From: Antedon mediterranea
Taxonomy: Eukaryota > Animalia > Echinodermata
Assembly (NCBI RefSeq): GCF_964355755.1
Contig: NC_092673.1
Location: 14,418,948-14,482,947, forward strand
Direction of reading: 5' to 3'
Length of the DNA stretch: 64,000 bases
Both the position numbers and the translations under genes were made by a program. This document shows positions 13,813 through 27,280 of the stretch, piece after piece. Position 1 is the first letter of the stretch. Each line of letters begins with the position of its first letter. The notes under the pieces were generated by a model. That model did not search any database. It saw nothing but the letters and a program-made list of their open reading frames with translations, and was not told the DNA's origin.

Positions 13813-15304
13813 GGAATATTGGTCAAAACAGATGTATATACAGGTAGTTATCAAGCTAATTAAATATTCATAAAAAGGTAAACAACTTTAAACAAATGTA
13901 AAATCTATATGAAACATAGTTTCTTCATGTTTTTTCACCTATAGGTACCTCAAGTCTCAACGACCCCATTTTGGCAAAATTTTTATTATATTCGACATTG
14001 CGAATATGTTACCATGACAACCAGAATTTGTGTAAACAAGAAAATAAACAAATGGATTTAACTCAATGTTTAAAGTTGTATTGTCCCTTTGAACACAAAA
14101 AATGAAGGTCAAAATATTCTAAATATAAATTGGCCATATCAAAGTAATATTAAAGTTATTCACTTTAAGTTAAAAATTCGAGCCAAAAACAACAAGTTTA
14201 CGTAATTAACAGGTAAATTAGTTTGATTAAATTTCGTCTGGAAAATCATTCCGAGCGAAAGTAAACAAAGATTTCAAACCACGAGTATGAATTATGCATG
14301 ATATGCTAATTAAGATTGTTTACAACTTGTCACGACGGTTGAGGAGATGTTTTGACACATATCGCACGAGAGAGGAAGTTTTATGATTATGCATATTATA
14401 GCCAAACTGTACGTAACGCGCGCCGCCGGCGCGGCCGGCAGTGTATGCCTGGGCCTAGTTGCGGAACGAATTTTGTTTTAATGTATTCAAGAAACCCATG
14501 GATTTATCGGTAAATATATTACTATTTTTTACTTAGTTTCTCTCAAATAAAATGTATACTTGTGGCCTAGTTTAGATACTCTAGGCTACTACTAAGCCTA
14601 GCTCTAAGCTGTAACTTGCACAGTACCTACCTAGGATAGGCCTAGCCTTCTACTCTAGCCTAGGCCTAGGCTACTCTAGGTAGTTAGGTCTACCTTTCAG
14701 GTTCACGTTGTCTTTTTATTAATATTAGGCCTATGCTTTAGACTCATTTTTAAGTATTCGTTGGCTACCCGTATTAATTTTTGCCAGGTCCGATCGGTTC
14801 ATCATTACTAATTATCGAGTATACTAGCTAGTAAAATGTGCCCAAGTTAGCCCACTGTACTGGCAACTGATTCGTCATTTTGACGAGAGATGCCAGTTCT
14901 ATTTTTAAAGACTAGCCTATTACTAGTAGTAGTAGCCTAACTATTGAATTGTACTGTATATAAAAAGAAATACACTAATCATATCCATGGGATTTTTTAA
15001 TTAGAAATATGTTACTAATAATTAATACTATAATTTCCATATACAATATATATAAAAATCTATAGGATCTGTGGTTATTTACTATTTTTGTGACAATACT
15101 TTTAGAAATATTCGCAACTAATTAGCTTCACTGTTAATATGTTACTTGTCAATGGACCAGTAATACATAAAGGTAAAAAGATATTGTGAAACCTGGTTCA
15201 ACATTTGAAATTCTGGTGGCAAATGGCAAAGATTCCTCACGATAAATATTTCATATTTCCATATTTAGCAGTAAACAATTTATAACAATTTTATTTTACT
15301 TTAG

Positions 15305-16036
15305 GTTAAAATTAATGCATTGACAGAGGTAGAGGCTAAAGACCTACTAACTAAAGGAAGCAGCAGAGAAAAAGTACTAGAGGGAGGTCATCATCCTGTA
15401 CCACCAGCAACTACACCAAGTTGGTGTGTTTGCAACAACTGCTGGCAAATTCAAACTGAAAATGAAAGAGTGTGCTGTGGCTATACACACGAAAACACAA
15501 CAAATTTCAGGTAATTGCACGTGTGAAACATTACAGTATATTAATTTAACATACTTATTGATAAAATGCATTACAATGATAAAGTGTCGATATAGTGTAT
15601 CTAAAAAAACACAAAAATAATTGTCTTTTTGTCAAACTAATTTTAAAAGTTCTGCTTTATTTTTAATAAGTACTGTTGTTAAAATACAGACCTGTTACCA
15701 GCTTATATTATTTTGAAAAATAGTGCATAACATAAACTAAACAAAAAATACTAAATAAACATTTTTTTTTTCATTTTAGGACTTTTAGTTGCTCATTCTA
15801 AATGAAGCAATGTTGCAATTGGCACGAGCCTATCATCAAGATATATTAGCAGCGCCTATGGACAACAAATGGAATAGGGGTCATAAACATACAGCCTACC
15901 GGCAGTATGTTTTGTGACCACATGGTCGTCTCGGTATTGGCATCAGAATATAATACCCAGTTGTGTATGGGCAGTACGGGACAAATACCCCGATGCATTT
16001 GGCCAGTATGTTGGTTTTCAACCAGGACGAATTTAA
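15305..16036 (+). pseudogene. KolX / P2X7-ballast (nanor)-like gene of the Kolobok element, disabled
   Basis: Exon 15305-15510 reads WCVCNNC...ENERVCC. Exon 15780-16036 reads HTAYRQYVL*PHGRLGIG...IPSCVWAVRDKYPD..GQYVGF. It has in-frame TAG and TGA stops and frameshifts. Confidence 0.85.
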
Positions 16037-16212
16037 AGCTGTATTGTCCCTTTGTACAATTCCCACAAATAGATTTCCAAATTTAATTGCTCATTTTAGT
16101 ACCAAAACAGAAAAAAATAAATCATTTTTAACTGAATACATTAAAAACTTAACAGGAATTGCCCAGTACTGTTTGCACGAATAGAAAGGTAATTGATACA
16201 TCATAGTTTTGT

Positions 16213-19200
16213 TTAAAATCTTAACAATTTCTCTTCAACTAGTTGATGAGTTGGTGGTGCTGGTACTGAAGCAATGTTTCTGCTGAGCCTTCTTGGGTCA
16301 TCTTCTCCTAAGCCTGTTACTGTTTTCAGGCTAGTTTCATCAAGTAGTCTTCTGTATACAACCATTTCCACCAATTTCTGGATGTAGCTGTAATCCTTTT
16401 CTTCTTTAACAGGCACCACTGTCCACCTCTTACTTTTTTTGTTAAATAAGCGTTGATATCTACACAACAGAAAATAATTGTTTATAATTTTTGACAGCAA
16501 TTTGGAATATTTTGATTAGATTGCAATTCGGGAAAACCGATTTTAAAATTAATTGTCAAATTTCTTTTGCCCATATACCTGTAGCTAGTTCCATGGTAAC
16601 TCCGTTGTACATGGCATAAAGATACAATTGATTTAAGAATAGACTTGTCGGTTTCATATGTAGTACGGTATTTAGTAATTAATATAGCCAATTAATATTC
16701 AACTGTAAAAAACTATGGAATGTACCTTGTGGTCCCATCTTTATTTTTCTTGATCTCTCGTTGATGGTTTGCTGTGTAATCCAATGCTGCCAGAAGATTC
16801 CTTACTTTGTACATTGGTGGACTGTAATGGAATCTTTTGGCCGCATACATCAAAATACATTGGTGGAAATTTTCCAGTTCAGCAGTTCCACTAAAAATAC
16901 ACAATATGTATATATAAATAGCTAAGTCAATACTGTTGTCAAATGCAATAAAATATGCAAGTTTTAAAGTAATACTAATAAATGTGTTTATTATGTGTAT
17001 ATTGTTCTGTTGAAATGTATATTTATTGTTTAGAGCACCTGTTTTTTTTTTTTTTAGCTTTAATCAATACTACAGAATATGCACAGAAATGCTTGTATAG
17101 TATAAACCATTCCTCTATTTTTAATCAATTTGCTCACCGAAAATTAAGCCAATATGGGATTTTCTTTAGGAATCTGTTGTTTAGGACGATCTTTCGTAGT
17201 GCATCGTGCGCTGGATGACCCTTTGTCATCCATCCCTTTTGTCTCTCGCTCTCAAGAGGTCCATGACTACAGGAGGCTGTACCAACATCACTATATGATA
17301 AAGCCCACTGGTGTTCATCCACCACATGGTGAAGAATTCCACACCATATTCCCTATCATTGAACAAGAAAATCAGTAAAATACATATCTCAAATACAGAT
17401 TTCTTTTTTTAAATATGGAAAAAATGGATACAATATCAGATACACACAGAGGTAATATGACAATGTCAGTATCTGAAGATAGCTGTGAGCCTTTAAAATT
17501 TATGAACATAGTAAAACCAGAATAAAGAAATTAATTCCACAATAAAGAAGATCTTGTGCTTAAGTTTATGTTCAAGAACAATATAACTTGTCTTTGAGAG
17601 TGTATATACAGTATGTGCACCATTAAATTAAAACATGTACATACAAGAAATTCATCATATGTCTTTGAAGTCTCGCAGGTATGCCAGAAATGGTTTACAA
17701 TATCTTTGCTCCAACTTAATAAGACTTTGCAGTCTTTCTTCTGACCAGCCTGTTAAATTGTATAAAAAATACCAATGAAACAAAAGATTAGTATTAATTT
17801 GTATAATAAATATCCTATTTTACATATTATGAAATTAGGGTATAACTATAATAAAATAATTTACATTGTCTGCAAATTACCAAAAAACTTACTGCAACCA
17901 ATGCTTTTGCTAGATTCTTGGCAGCATGCCAAATATCGTGTGAGTGTTTGATGTCTGGATATTCGTTTTCTAGAGTGATGAAGAAAAACAAATATAAAAA
18001 TAAACCATATTTTACAGAATAAAAACATGTTAATCAAAAATTTATTTTAGATTTTGGTGATCATCTAGAATTACGATGTAAAAATAAAACATACTCATCA
18101 ATGCGCCAATCTGTAAGTGTGCATCGGTTACACATTCAACGACATTCACATTTTGTTGTTTGAGAAATGAAACACTCTTCTGAAATCCTACTTTTTCCAT
18201 TAAAGTACTTTTGCCCTCTGTCTCCCGCTTATCAATTGTTATAATTGACAAAATACTTTTGTCAGCATTGTCCATCATAGTATATGTGCAAAATTGGGCA
18301 GAGTGTCCTGGACTGTCCATCCTTCCATCTCCTATGAAAAAAAAATATTTACAGTAATAACGTTCTTGTACTGTACAGTACCGGACAGAATTATTGCAGA
18401 TTTTGAACGCATTCAACGCATTGTTAAAGTGTTGACAACGCGTTGAAACTGCGTTGTCCGTTGGCGTTGAAAGTGTTGAGTTCGTTGAACTGTTTATTCA
18501 ACCAACACAATGTGTTGCGTTGAGTTTGCGTTGAAATAACGAACAATCGGATTCGTATGGTATTTACAGATTGCCAGTGTGTATTAGTAGTAGTAGTAAT
18601 AGTATAAAATACAGTATTACAAATATTTAAGAAAACAAACATAATGTGTATTTTTCCGCGGAAACCTAGCTTAATATATTACACTAGGCTAGGCCTACTA
18701 CTAACGAGTAGGCCCCGTGTGTATATGAGCCGCGTCTGCCATCGCAGTTAAAAGTAGTGGTCATGTCCTCAATTACTGTGTGCCTATATTAACTGGAGTA
18801 TTAAATACCAAAGTTAAGGCGGCGGTGAATCTTGGAGGCTAGGTCACATCGTAATTAATTATTTCCAAAACTAAAAACTTCGCAGTACTGTACTACATTT
18901 TTCTCGATTATTTATAAAAACAACGTAGCCTACACTCGCCGCCATGGAAGGCAACAATACACCACCAACATAACGATCCAGCATGGTCGTCGTCTTTTTC
19001 ACGCATGCTTTTCGTGACGTGAGGGACGAACTGATCGAAAGGTGAAGAGTTCATTCATTATGAAATAACGCGTAATTAAAAGGGAAAAAATCGTTTAGTT
19101 TTATTATTATCCATAAATATATCATTATCATGTATTATATTATAAATTAATTATTGTGATGCCTAACGTAACCCATGCAGAGAAAAGCGTTAAATATAAT

Positions 19201-22200
19201 AACCAAGAAATAGGAATGACCAATTTGATGACAATAGGCAATGTTAGGCGTTTTCTTTAAAATCAAAACCTGTGCCATACCATTATTCACGCCAAGGTGT
19301 AACCCACAAATATTTGAATAACCAAACAATTCAGAATAAAGAACCACTTTATTCTGATGCAAGACAATATATTATTACAGGCGAGGTTTAGGCGTTTTCT
19401 CTTTAACATACTATTGTTTTGTTTCTTAATATAATTATATTGGCCTCCTCCTGAAACTGTATGAATGGGATGGGAGTTGCGAGAATATGCGAGCGAACAG
19501 CCAACATTTTAATCAGTTTACAGTGTGATGCTTTTCAAAACGCGCAACGTTTTCAACGCGTTCAACGCTATGGGATTCAATTGTTTAACGTCGTCAATGA
19601 ACGGTCAACGGGTTCAACACATTCAACACGCTCTATTGTTAACGTATTCAAAACGCTTTTTGTACTTAAAAATGTAATGTTGTTCGATTTATAAAGATTT
19701 AAATTGGTTCATGGGTGTCGGACACGTCAAATGTTTTAGTTCTTTCAAACATTACAACAAACAATGGGACAATTATAAAATAAAAACCAAAATAGAGAAA
19801 CAATATTTTAACTTTATCTCTTGAATCTCGAACAGCTAAAAAATGTAGGCCTAAAATTAAATAAAATTAATTACTTCGTCGTCATTAACGATCGTTAAAT
19901 ACGTCATAACACACGTGGTGTTTTTCTTGAGGAAACCAGGGTGGCGGCCTCGTGTGTTGATGTCAGTAATTTCCACGTTGTTTGATTTTACGACGTGAGA
20001 TCGTGTTTTCCCCCGGAAGGCCTACAGTACAGTGTTAACTGTTAGACTTGGCATCGACATTATTATTCGATGTTTTCCTTCACTAAACACTGGGAAATAT
20101 CACTGTGTGTTTTATTTGGTAACTGTCCGTTCAATACTTAAAAATATATCTAAGCTTCATATATATTTTATTTATATTAAAATATCTGGTAGTGACTGCC
20201 GATAGGTATTTTGCCTGTTGTTGTTACTGATCGTTCAGGCGTGCAATCGGCCAGTCTAGTGCTGCAGCAGCTAGCGTTGAAATAACTAATTGTTTACTTG
20301 ACATGCTGATAATGACTTTCGTTGAATAAACAACTAAACGTTGAAAGCCGTTCAACGCAACGCAAACACAACGCAACGACAACGTGTTGAATGCGTTGGG
20401 ATTTTTGCAATAATTCTGTCCTGTACTGTATATAAGTAGATTTGTACCTGACCACCACTAACAACAGTTTTTAATAGAATTTCTCTTCACTATAACTCGT
20501 CAAAAACAATATTAGCGTTTTTCAGTAATTTAGTTCCATCCTGCATTTTCATTTGCACAATGAAGCCTTGACCTATGAACTTTAGTTTAGTCACATTTAT
20601 TTTTTTTCCATACACCTCCATTTTATATTATAATACCTACCAAGCAGTACAACATCTTTTCCTTCATGTGCTGTCAAGATTTCTTTCTGGGTATCTTCCC
20701 ATAATTCAGTAACTGCAGGCACAAGATATTTTCTCTGAATTCTATAGTAGGTGTTGACATTCAGAATATGAAGTTTTAAAAACTTGGCCAGAAGAGCAAT
20801 CTTTGCATAGTTGTTTCCAGAAGCTAAAAGTGCCGTAGACATTAACAAATCCCCTCCATGCAATTTGTTCTTTAGAATTGGTTGAGAACACCATTTGTTG
20901 TTCAGGTGGCCATTTGTACAAATCTAAGTAGATCACAATAATATATTTATTAAATAAACCATTAAACCAATTTCATAAAATAAGTCATTTGACAAGCTGA
21001 AACACATTACATAGCAACCATCATTGTTTGATGGTACCATAGACTTGTTCATAAATTGGTTTCAGGAATTAATTAGAATTATGAATTATTAAATTAAGAT
21101 AAAATGTTTACAAAAATTGAAAGTAAGACTTTTTACCCATTTGAAATACACAGCAGAACCAACAAACTTTGAATGCAGATCAACAGGACTACTACAGGAT
21201 TTTCTAGTACAAGATTTGTTGATTTTGATTTCTGCCAAGGTTTTCAAACAGTTTAAGTACACTATGCAGGTTTCATCTTTTATAAGAAAGTCAGACTCTT
21301 CCATAATATCAATGTGTTTAACATAAGGGCTTTCAACTTCCACACCTTCAATGTCCTCCTCAATCTGACTGGATGGATCATCATTTTCTGCCTCAATTTC
21401 AAATTCCTCTTCAACGAATGAGGTTTCTCTGAGGTTAAGTGGATTGTTGGGACTGAAAAATGTATGTATGACTTAATTTCAAACATGAATTTTTTTTTAA
21501 ATGATGCTTTACTGCATCACAATGAAGTTTAGGTTAAAGGAATAGATGATGACTTACCAAAGGCTTATGTCAAATGATGGTTCATATAAATCATAATCTT
21601 CATCTTCATCACAAGTGCTCTCTGACTCAGATTCACTTGACAAGTTAATGTCAATGGTCATACTGAAAGAATAATAGTAATACTTGTGCAATGATGTCAA
21701 CCTCTTAATTTGTGTGATTAGAAACACTAGCAATCGAGGGGGAAAGGATTTTAAACTATGTAATTAAAATTAATACATTGTAACATATAAAATGAAAAGT
21801 ATACAGAATTCATTTACTTTAATATTTCAGCAGAGCATCTGGGTCTGTCCTCTTCTTTAATGTTGCTTATACTAAAAAAATAACAGTTTTAATGCCATTT
21901 TATTTCTCAATAACAGTAATCAGATTGGCATAGTGTATAAAGAGTGCAGGGTATTATCAAGCCACAGACAAGGATTTTGCTGTGTTCATTCCATTGGAAT
22001 TAAGTGAAACAGAAAAGTTAAAGCGCTGCAATTTTAGTTTAAACTTACCTTCCATCTTCAGAAGCACTTGGAAAAGCGGTTACAGTACTTGAGTTACTGC
22101 TAAATCTATCAATTCCAGATATTGAAGAAATTCTAAAGAACAATTTATGATCAATGACAATTTCTATATTTTATAGTTATATTTGTAGAGTTCCTATTGA

Positions 22201-25200
22201 GAAGTCAGTTAGTAGTGAGTGTTGAAGCCATGTAATCGTGAGTGTAGAAAGCAACCGTTCACTATGTGAATCCCATGTGATCTAATTTAAGTACGGTATT
22301 AATATTATTAGTAATATATTTCATAACAAAATTTGTATTATATCTAAATTTTCATACCTTGTATCTGAACCACCAGATAGTGTAGTTCTTAAATAAGCAC
22401 CTTCTATAGGCGTCGATGTTGTAGGAAGGTGAGTAGAAACTGTTGTCCTGGTCGGCCCAGAAGCTGTGCTATGTCTTTCTGCATGACTAAACGTAAAACA
22501 ATAAAGCACAGTTAGCAGGGTGACTTAGCACTTTTTTTGTGCACTTTGTGACAAAAGCACCAAATTTGGCACAAACCTTCTTTAGGGTATATCTAACAAT
22601 CCTAGAAGGGGTGCCCAAAAATCGGAACAATTTAACGACGTCATTTGGACCACGCCCTTTTTTTAGTATTACGTAATTAGGTGAAAACTTAAATCTTTGT
22701 ATATACATACCAAGTTTGGTATCAAATAAAAACTCATGACATGTACATTGCAATACACACATAAAAAATATATGATTTCTCTTCAGACGGAATATAGGTC
22801 AAATAATGTAATTTTCTGTCATATTGAAGGGTATTTCAATCAAAACGTGCCAATATTGTGCTATGTTATGAACATTGTAGTTATAAGAACAACAACATTC
22901 ATTTTTGTAATAGTACTAATATATATTTATCCTGTACCAGTTACTTTCCTTAACATAATATAAGGAACCACTGAAAAAAGTATATAAAACATATACTGTA
23001 TCAAACTTGGCTCAATAACCACTGGACTAGTAAACCGACAAAAGACCATTTGACTGACAATTATGGCGTTAGCATCCATAACAATACATGGAGGTGATTA
23101 TCAACTTTACTTTTATGAAATTATTTATCTGGAAACAAACGCTTATAATGGTACAGAGTTGCTAGATGACGAACAAGTTCCACGGCATGGGTAACAAGAC
23201 CAGTGCACTGCTGAACGACACTTGCAGTTCCCTGAGCAAAAAGGCAACTTTTTGCAGCCACACTTTAGCAATTCCCTACATGCCTTGGATGCTTCAGGTA
23301 GTATTGTCCAGACTGGTGTCCATGTACTGCCGGTTTTAGTCCAACCAAAGTCTTCTGGTGATGGAGCATTCTGATGTGGCTGTAGACTGGTGGTCCAAAT
23401 GCTTGCTTGGTATATGGATCTGTTGGAATGCTGTAAAAGTGCATCCTGCAATAAACAATTTAAAGATTGGTGTTACCTTTTAATGAAAGAAAAACATGAA
23501 TCTGATAATAAATTATTAAACGACAATTGACAATTATATGGAAGCTCCCCTTACCTGTGTAGGAGGAATGTTGTCCATTGTCCGTGCTTTTCTTGAAAAA
23601 AGATCTTGTCTTAGCTTAGTAACACTTCTTAAAGTACTTGTCTTGTCGTATAGATGACATGTAAACTCCTCTAGCAACTGGAATTGAGATGAGTTGACTC
23701 CTAGAGATTTGAAAGGGTGATGTGCCATGAAAAGAAAGGCTTCTGTGACTGCTGGAAATGAGTTCCACGTCTCCCATGCGGAGTGTTTTGATTTTCCGAA
23801 GAACTGGGATGTAGTATCGGACCCAGTAAATGCATGAAAAACTGGCAGCCCTCTTGACTTATCCTCTCCTAGGTTATGGCAGATGGTATTTATATTAAAA
23901 TATTGGAAGTGCTTACGCATGCCAAATACGACCCAGATACACGTACCAAGATAACAGGCTATTAGATTGCAGAAAATACCAACCAGGATAACAACGACAT
24001 CAGTATCAACTGTATGCACCAAAATAACCCTGCTACCTTTCTTTAAGGCATCATCAATGCGAATGCACATCCTGGAGTCGGCCTCTTCATGGTCGCAGAT
24101 TGGTTGAGTAGATGTCAACATACAACAGACTCGCCTACAGGACATATATCAAGAATTACTTACTAATTTAATATGCCTTTTTAATTAATTATTGGTATGA
24201 AACTGTATAAGTAAATTAATCGTTTGGTTACAAACAAAATAAATTAGTATGTATCATAATAAAACTTACCTGATGTAATGTAAACTTCAGAGTAATCATG
24301 GGTAGACACCTTTGTAGTTAAAAAGTTAAATAACTCCTCTTTATTTACTGGATCTTTCAGAAAGTCTGGAAAATTCCCTGGAATCTTTGTTTGTCCCCCA
24401 ACTTTCCTCTTGACCCCTTTTCCTCTTTTTTCTCCTGTAGACTGCTTAAGACTATCTGTTCTGTAAGTGTCCCACACTATATCAATTCTGTTACTATTCT
24501 GCAGCTGCTGTCTGGTCCACGGTAGAAAGACCTGTCATACAAATGATACAAGAATAACGATCCGCATATAGAAGTGACCAATTATGTGGTGGTTAAACAA
24601 TAGATACAATCCTGAATGCAAAGAAATGTACTCACCTTATCACCGTAGTCATCAAATGTAAATGCATGGTTGCTGGAAAGGGCATGGACAATAGCAGCTC
24701 TGTCAAACACCTTTACGTCAAAATATGTAGGAGGTTCAGGCTGGCCTTCAGTCTCCAAATGCTGTAGCAACTCAGACTTCTTAGTTGGTAGTCGAAGCTT
24801 GCCATTTACTGCCAAAGAGGGTTGCCATGGCTGGTTTTCATGCATGAAGAAGTCTTCCAAATCTCCATCACTAGATTGACTTGCAATATACAGTCGACTG
24901 AATAGGCTGCAGTCACTTTTTAAACTCTTAACTTGTTGCTTTGTTTTGGACACTGATTTTGACCATGGTGTGTTGAACAATGGCAGCTTATTCTGTTTGA
25001 TGGCTTGTTGAATTGCAACACTTCTGTCGAGAATAACTTCCTTGAAATATTGTTGGTACAGGGTAGTACCTACATCCTGAATTGTACGAACTGTCACTAC
25101 TGCACTTTCATTGCCACAATCTCGAGCATCCAAGACCATAAGTTCTGAACAATTATCGAGGAATGGGTTGCCTGCATTGCTCAGGGAACTGAAAGTGCCG

Positions 25201-26932
25201 TTCAGCAGGTCTTTTTTGCACCGGTCTTTGTTACCCATGCCGTGGAACTTGTTCGTCATCTAGCAACTCTGTACCATTATAAGTGTTTGTTTCCAGATAA
25301 ATAATTTCATAAAAGTAAAGTTGATAATCACCTCCATGTATTGTTATGGATGCTAACGCCATAATTGTCAGTCAAATGGTCTTTTGTCTGTTTACTTAGT
25401 CCAGTGATTATTGAGCCAAGTTTGATACAGTATATGTTTTATATACTTTTTTTCAGTGGTTCCTAATATTATGTTAAAGGAAAGTAACTGATACAGGATA
25501 AATATATATTAGTACTGTAGTTCTATTACAAAAATGAATGTTGTTGTTCTTATAACTACAATGTTCATAACATAGCCCAATATTGGCGCGTTTTGATTGA
25601 AATCCCCTTCAATATGACAGAAAATTACATTATTTGACCTATATATTCCGTCTGAAGAGAAATCATATATTTGTTATGTGTGTATTGCAATGTACATGTC
25701 ATGAGTTTTAATTTGATACCAAACTTGGTATGTATATACGAAGATTTAAGTTTTCACCTAATTACATAATACTAAAAAAAGGGCGTGGTCCAAATGACGT
25801 CGTTAAATTGTTCCGATTTTTGGGCACCCCTTCTAGGATTGTTAGATATACCCTAAAGAAGGTTTGTGCCAAATTTGGTGCTTTTTTTACAAAATGCACA
25901 ATCTTCATAAAAAATGGAAGTTAGCAACCCTGCTAAGTGTGAAGAGGTATAGAATAAGGGAAAACAATTTTACAATTTAAATTTAAAAAAAAATTAATAT
26001 ACCAAATCATCAAATTAATACTGTACTAAAATTGACACTGGCTAGCCCTAGTAATGTAACAACAGAGGAGGTACCAAAGTTAATTCCCACTCTAGCTAGG
26101 AAAATAATTATTTTACCAGCCCTGTTTGTGAAGGCCCTCACTACCAAACAGATGGTATTGTAATCAATTATCTACTTAAAATTCCAAGTCAAATGGTTAG
26201 GAGGTAAACCTTTTCGTCATGGGTGGCCAATTTTTTTATTAAAAAAAAATGGTAGGACCTGTGCTGTGTGTATGTTCAGCTAGGTAACCGGATCTATGAT
26301 TTTAATTAGGCATAGACTTAGCGGCTAGCTATTCTATGCTAGATTATATATAACACTAACACTAAAAGTATACTTTCTGTCTCAAAATACCTGCTGTACT
26401 ACGAAAGGTGTGTTGTATTACTCTATCTAGCTAGGCCTATCAATCCGCCTGTTTTCGAACGATTCATCTAATTGCAAAGGTAGGCAGGCCTAGTAGTAGT
26501 AGTAGTATAGGCTATATAGTAGTTAGTATAGATAGGCTAGGCCTAGCCTGGAGGTCTAACCTAACCTATTTATTATTATTAGTATTATACTAAATTCAAA
26601 ATAATTAGGCTATCTATAACTCTGTGGAACTATAGTACCAATAATAATAATTATCATTACTTACTAGTATTGCCTATTTTACTAAATAAAAGGCCCTAAC
26701 TAATCCCTAGAGCCGATGGACACTGTACTAAAGAGAGAAGTTACCTGTCAAGCAAAAAATTTGCAACATCAGAATTACTTGCTAAATTATTTGCTTCTTT
26801 TACTACGGACCATCTCTGAAATGTATCGAAGTTTAGCAAAATTCTGCGAGCATTTGACGCTACATTACGTGTAAGTTTGCGCCTTTTCTTTTCCGATGAT
26901 CTCAATCCAGAATAAGGGCCTCGTTTACCCAT
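16213..26932 (-). CDS. Kolobok DDE transposase, 13 exons, 734 aa, apparently intact
   Basis: Exons: 26932-26745, 22486-22358, 22132-22049, 21871-21818, 21662-21558, 21452-21137, 20923-20641, 18331-18095, 17969-17893, 17749-17645, 17352-17138, 16890-16726, 16459-16213. All introns are GT-AG and phases are consistent (2205 nt). Motifs GDGRMDSPGH, VTDAH, HDIWH and TAELENFH are present. Confidence 0.88.
18376..20428. mobile_element. Non-autonomous TA-targeting (Tc1/mariner-type) element in a transposase intron
   Basis: TA|CAGTACCGGACAGAATTATTGCA ... TGCAATAATTCTGTCCTGTACTG|TA, with clusters of TTCAACGC/GCGTTGAA motifs near both ends and in the middle. Confidence 0.85.
22513..25935 (-). mobile_element. 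Academ DNA transposon derivative with about 725-bp inverted repeats and 3-bp TSD AGT, in transposase intron 1
   Basis: AGT|TAGCAGGGT ... ACCCTGCTA|AGT; 22540-23238 is a near-identical inverted copy of about 25177-25900. Confidence 0.92.
23143..25180 (-). pseudogene. Academ protein C-terminal half (XPG/FEN1-like nuclease and Cys finger); N-terminal transposase domain missing
   Basis: Spliced exons contain GNPF, DFFMHENQPWQPSL, DHEEADSRM, TVDTDVVVI, FHAFTGSDTTSQF, IPPT and ELLKCGCKK..C..NCKC. Confidence 0.85.
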
Positions 26933-27280
26933 CCTTTACCACGGGTTCGTCTCTCTCGCGATGAACGATGATAATCAACTCACACGTGTGTTCTCTTGCG
27001 GTACGTACAGAAATAAACAAGCCAAAAAAGGAGTCGTATGCATAATTCATTAGCAAGCGCGTTGTATTATGGGATATGTTTTGATCGAAAACTTTGACTG
27101 GAAGTCACAGTTATTTTTTTAACAAAAAACCGTTTGTAATTCAGTTGAATGATTTTTTTTTCGACTAATTTTTATTGAAAGTTAAATTACTATTATGATA
27201 CTTCAAATTGACCCATTTTTTTTCGAAATCTGTTATTTTTTATTTTTTTGGAATTAGTCAAAGGGACAATACATCTTTAA

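Larger units (their letters stand above)
14074..27276 (-). mobile_element. Full-length Kolobok DNA transposon with two nested insertions
   Basis: TTAA|AGTTGTATTGTCCCTTTGA at the left and TCAAAGGGACAATACATCT|TTAA at the right (18/19 TIR match). It carries convergent transposase and KolX genes. Both flanks belong to one GTTACCATGGCAAC-containing repeat that it interrupted. Confidence 0.92.

Noticed and set aside
15305-16036. Host P2X7 purinoceptor gene
   Set aside because: Only the ballast-like domain is present, with no channel domain, and it lies inside Kolobok TIRs.
22487-22762. Duplicated small protein (also 25730-25924)
   Set aside because: Both ORFs are readings of the two Academ inverted-repeat arms, not genes.
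14074-27276. KolobokP-type long terminal direct repeats
   Set aside because: Only short TIRs and an 18-bp internal TIR copy are seen; there is no several-hundred-bp direct repeat at the ends.
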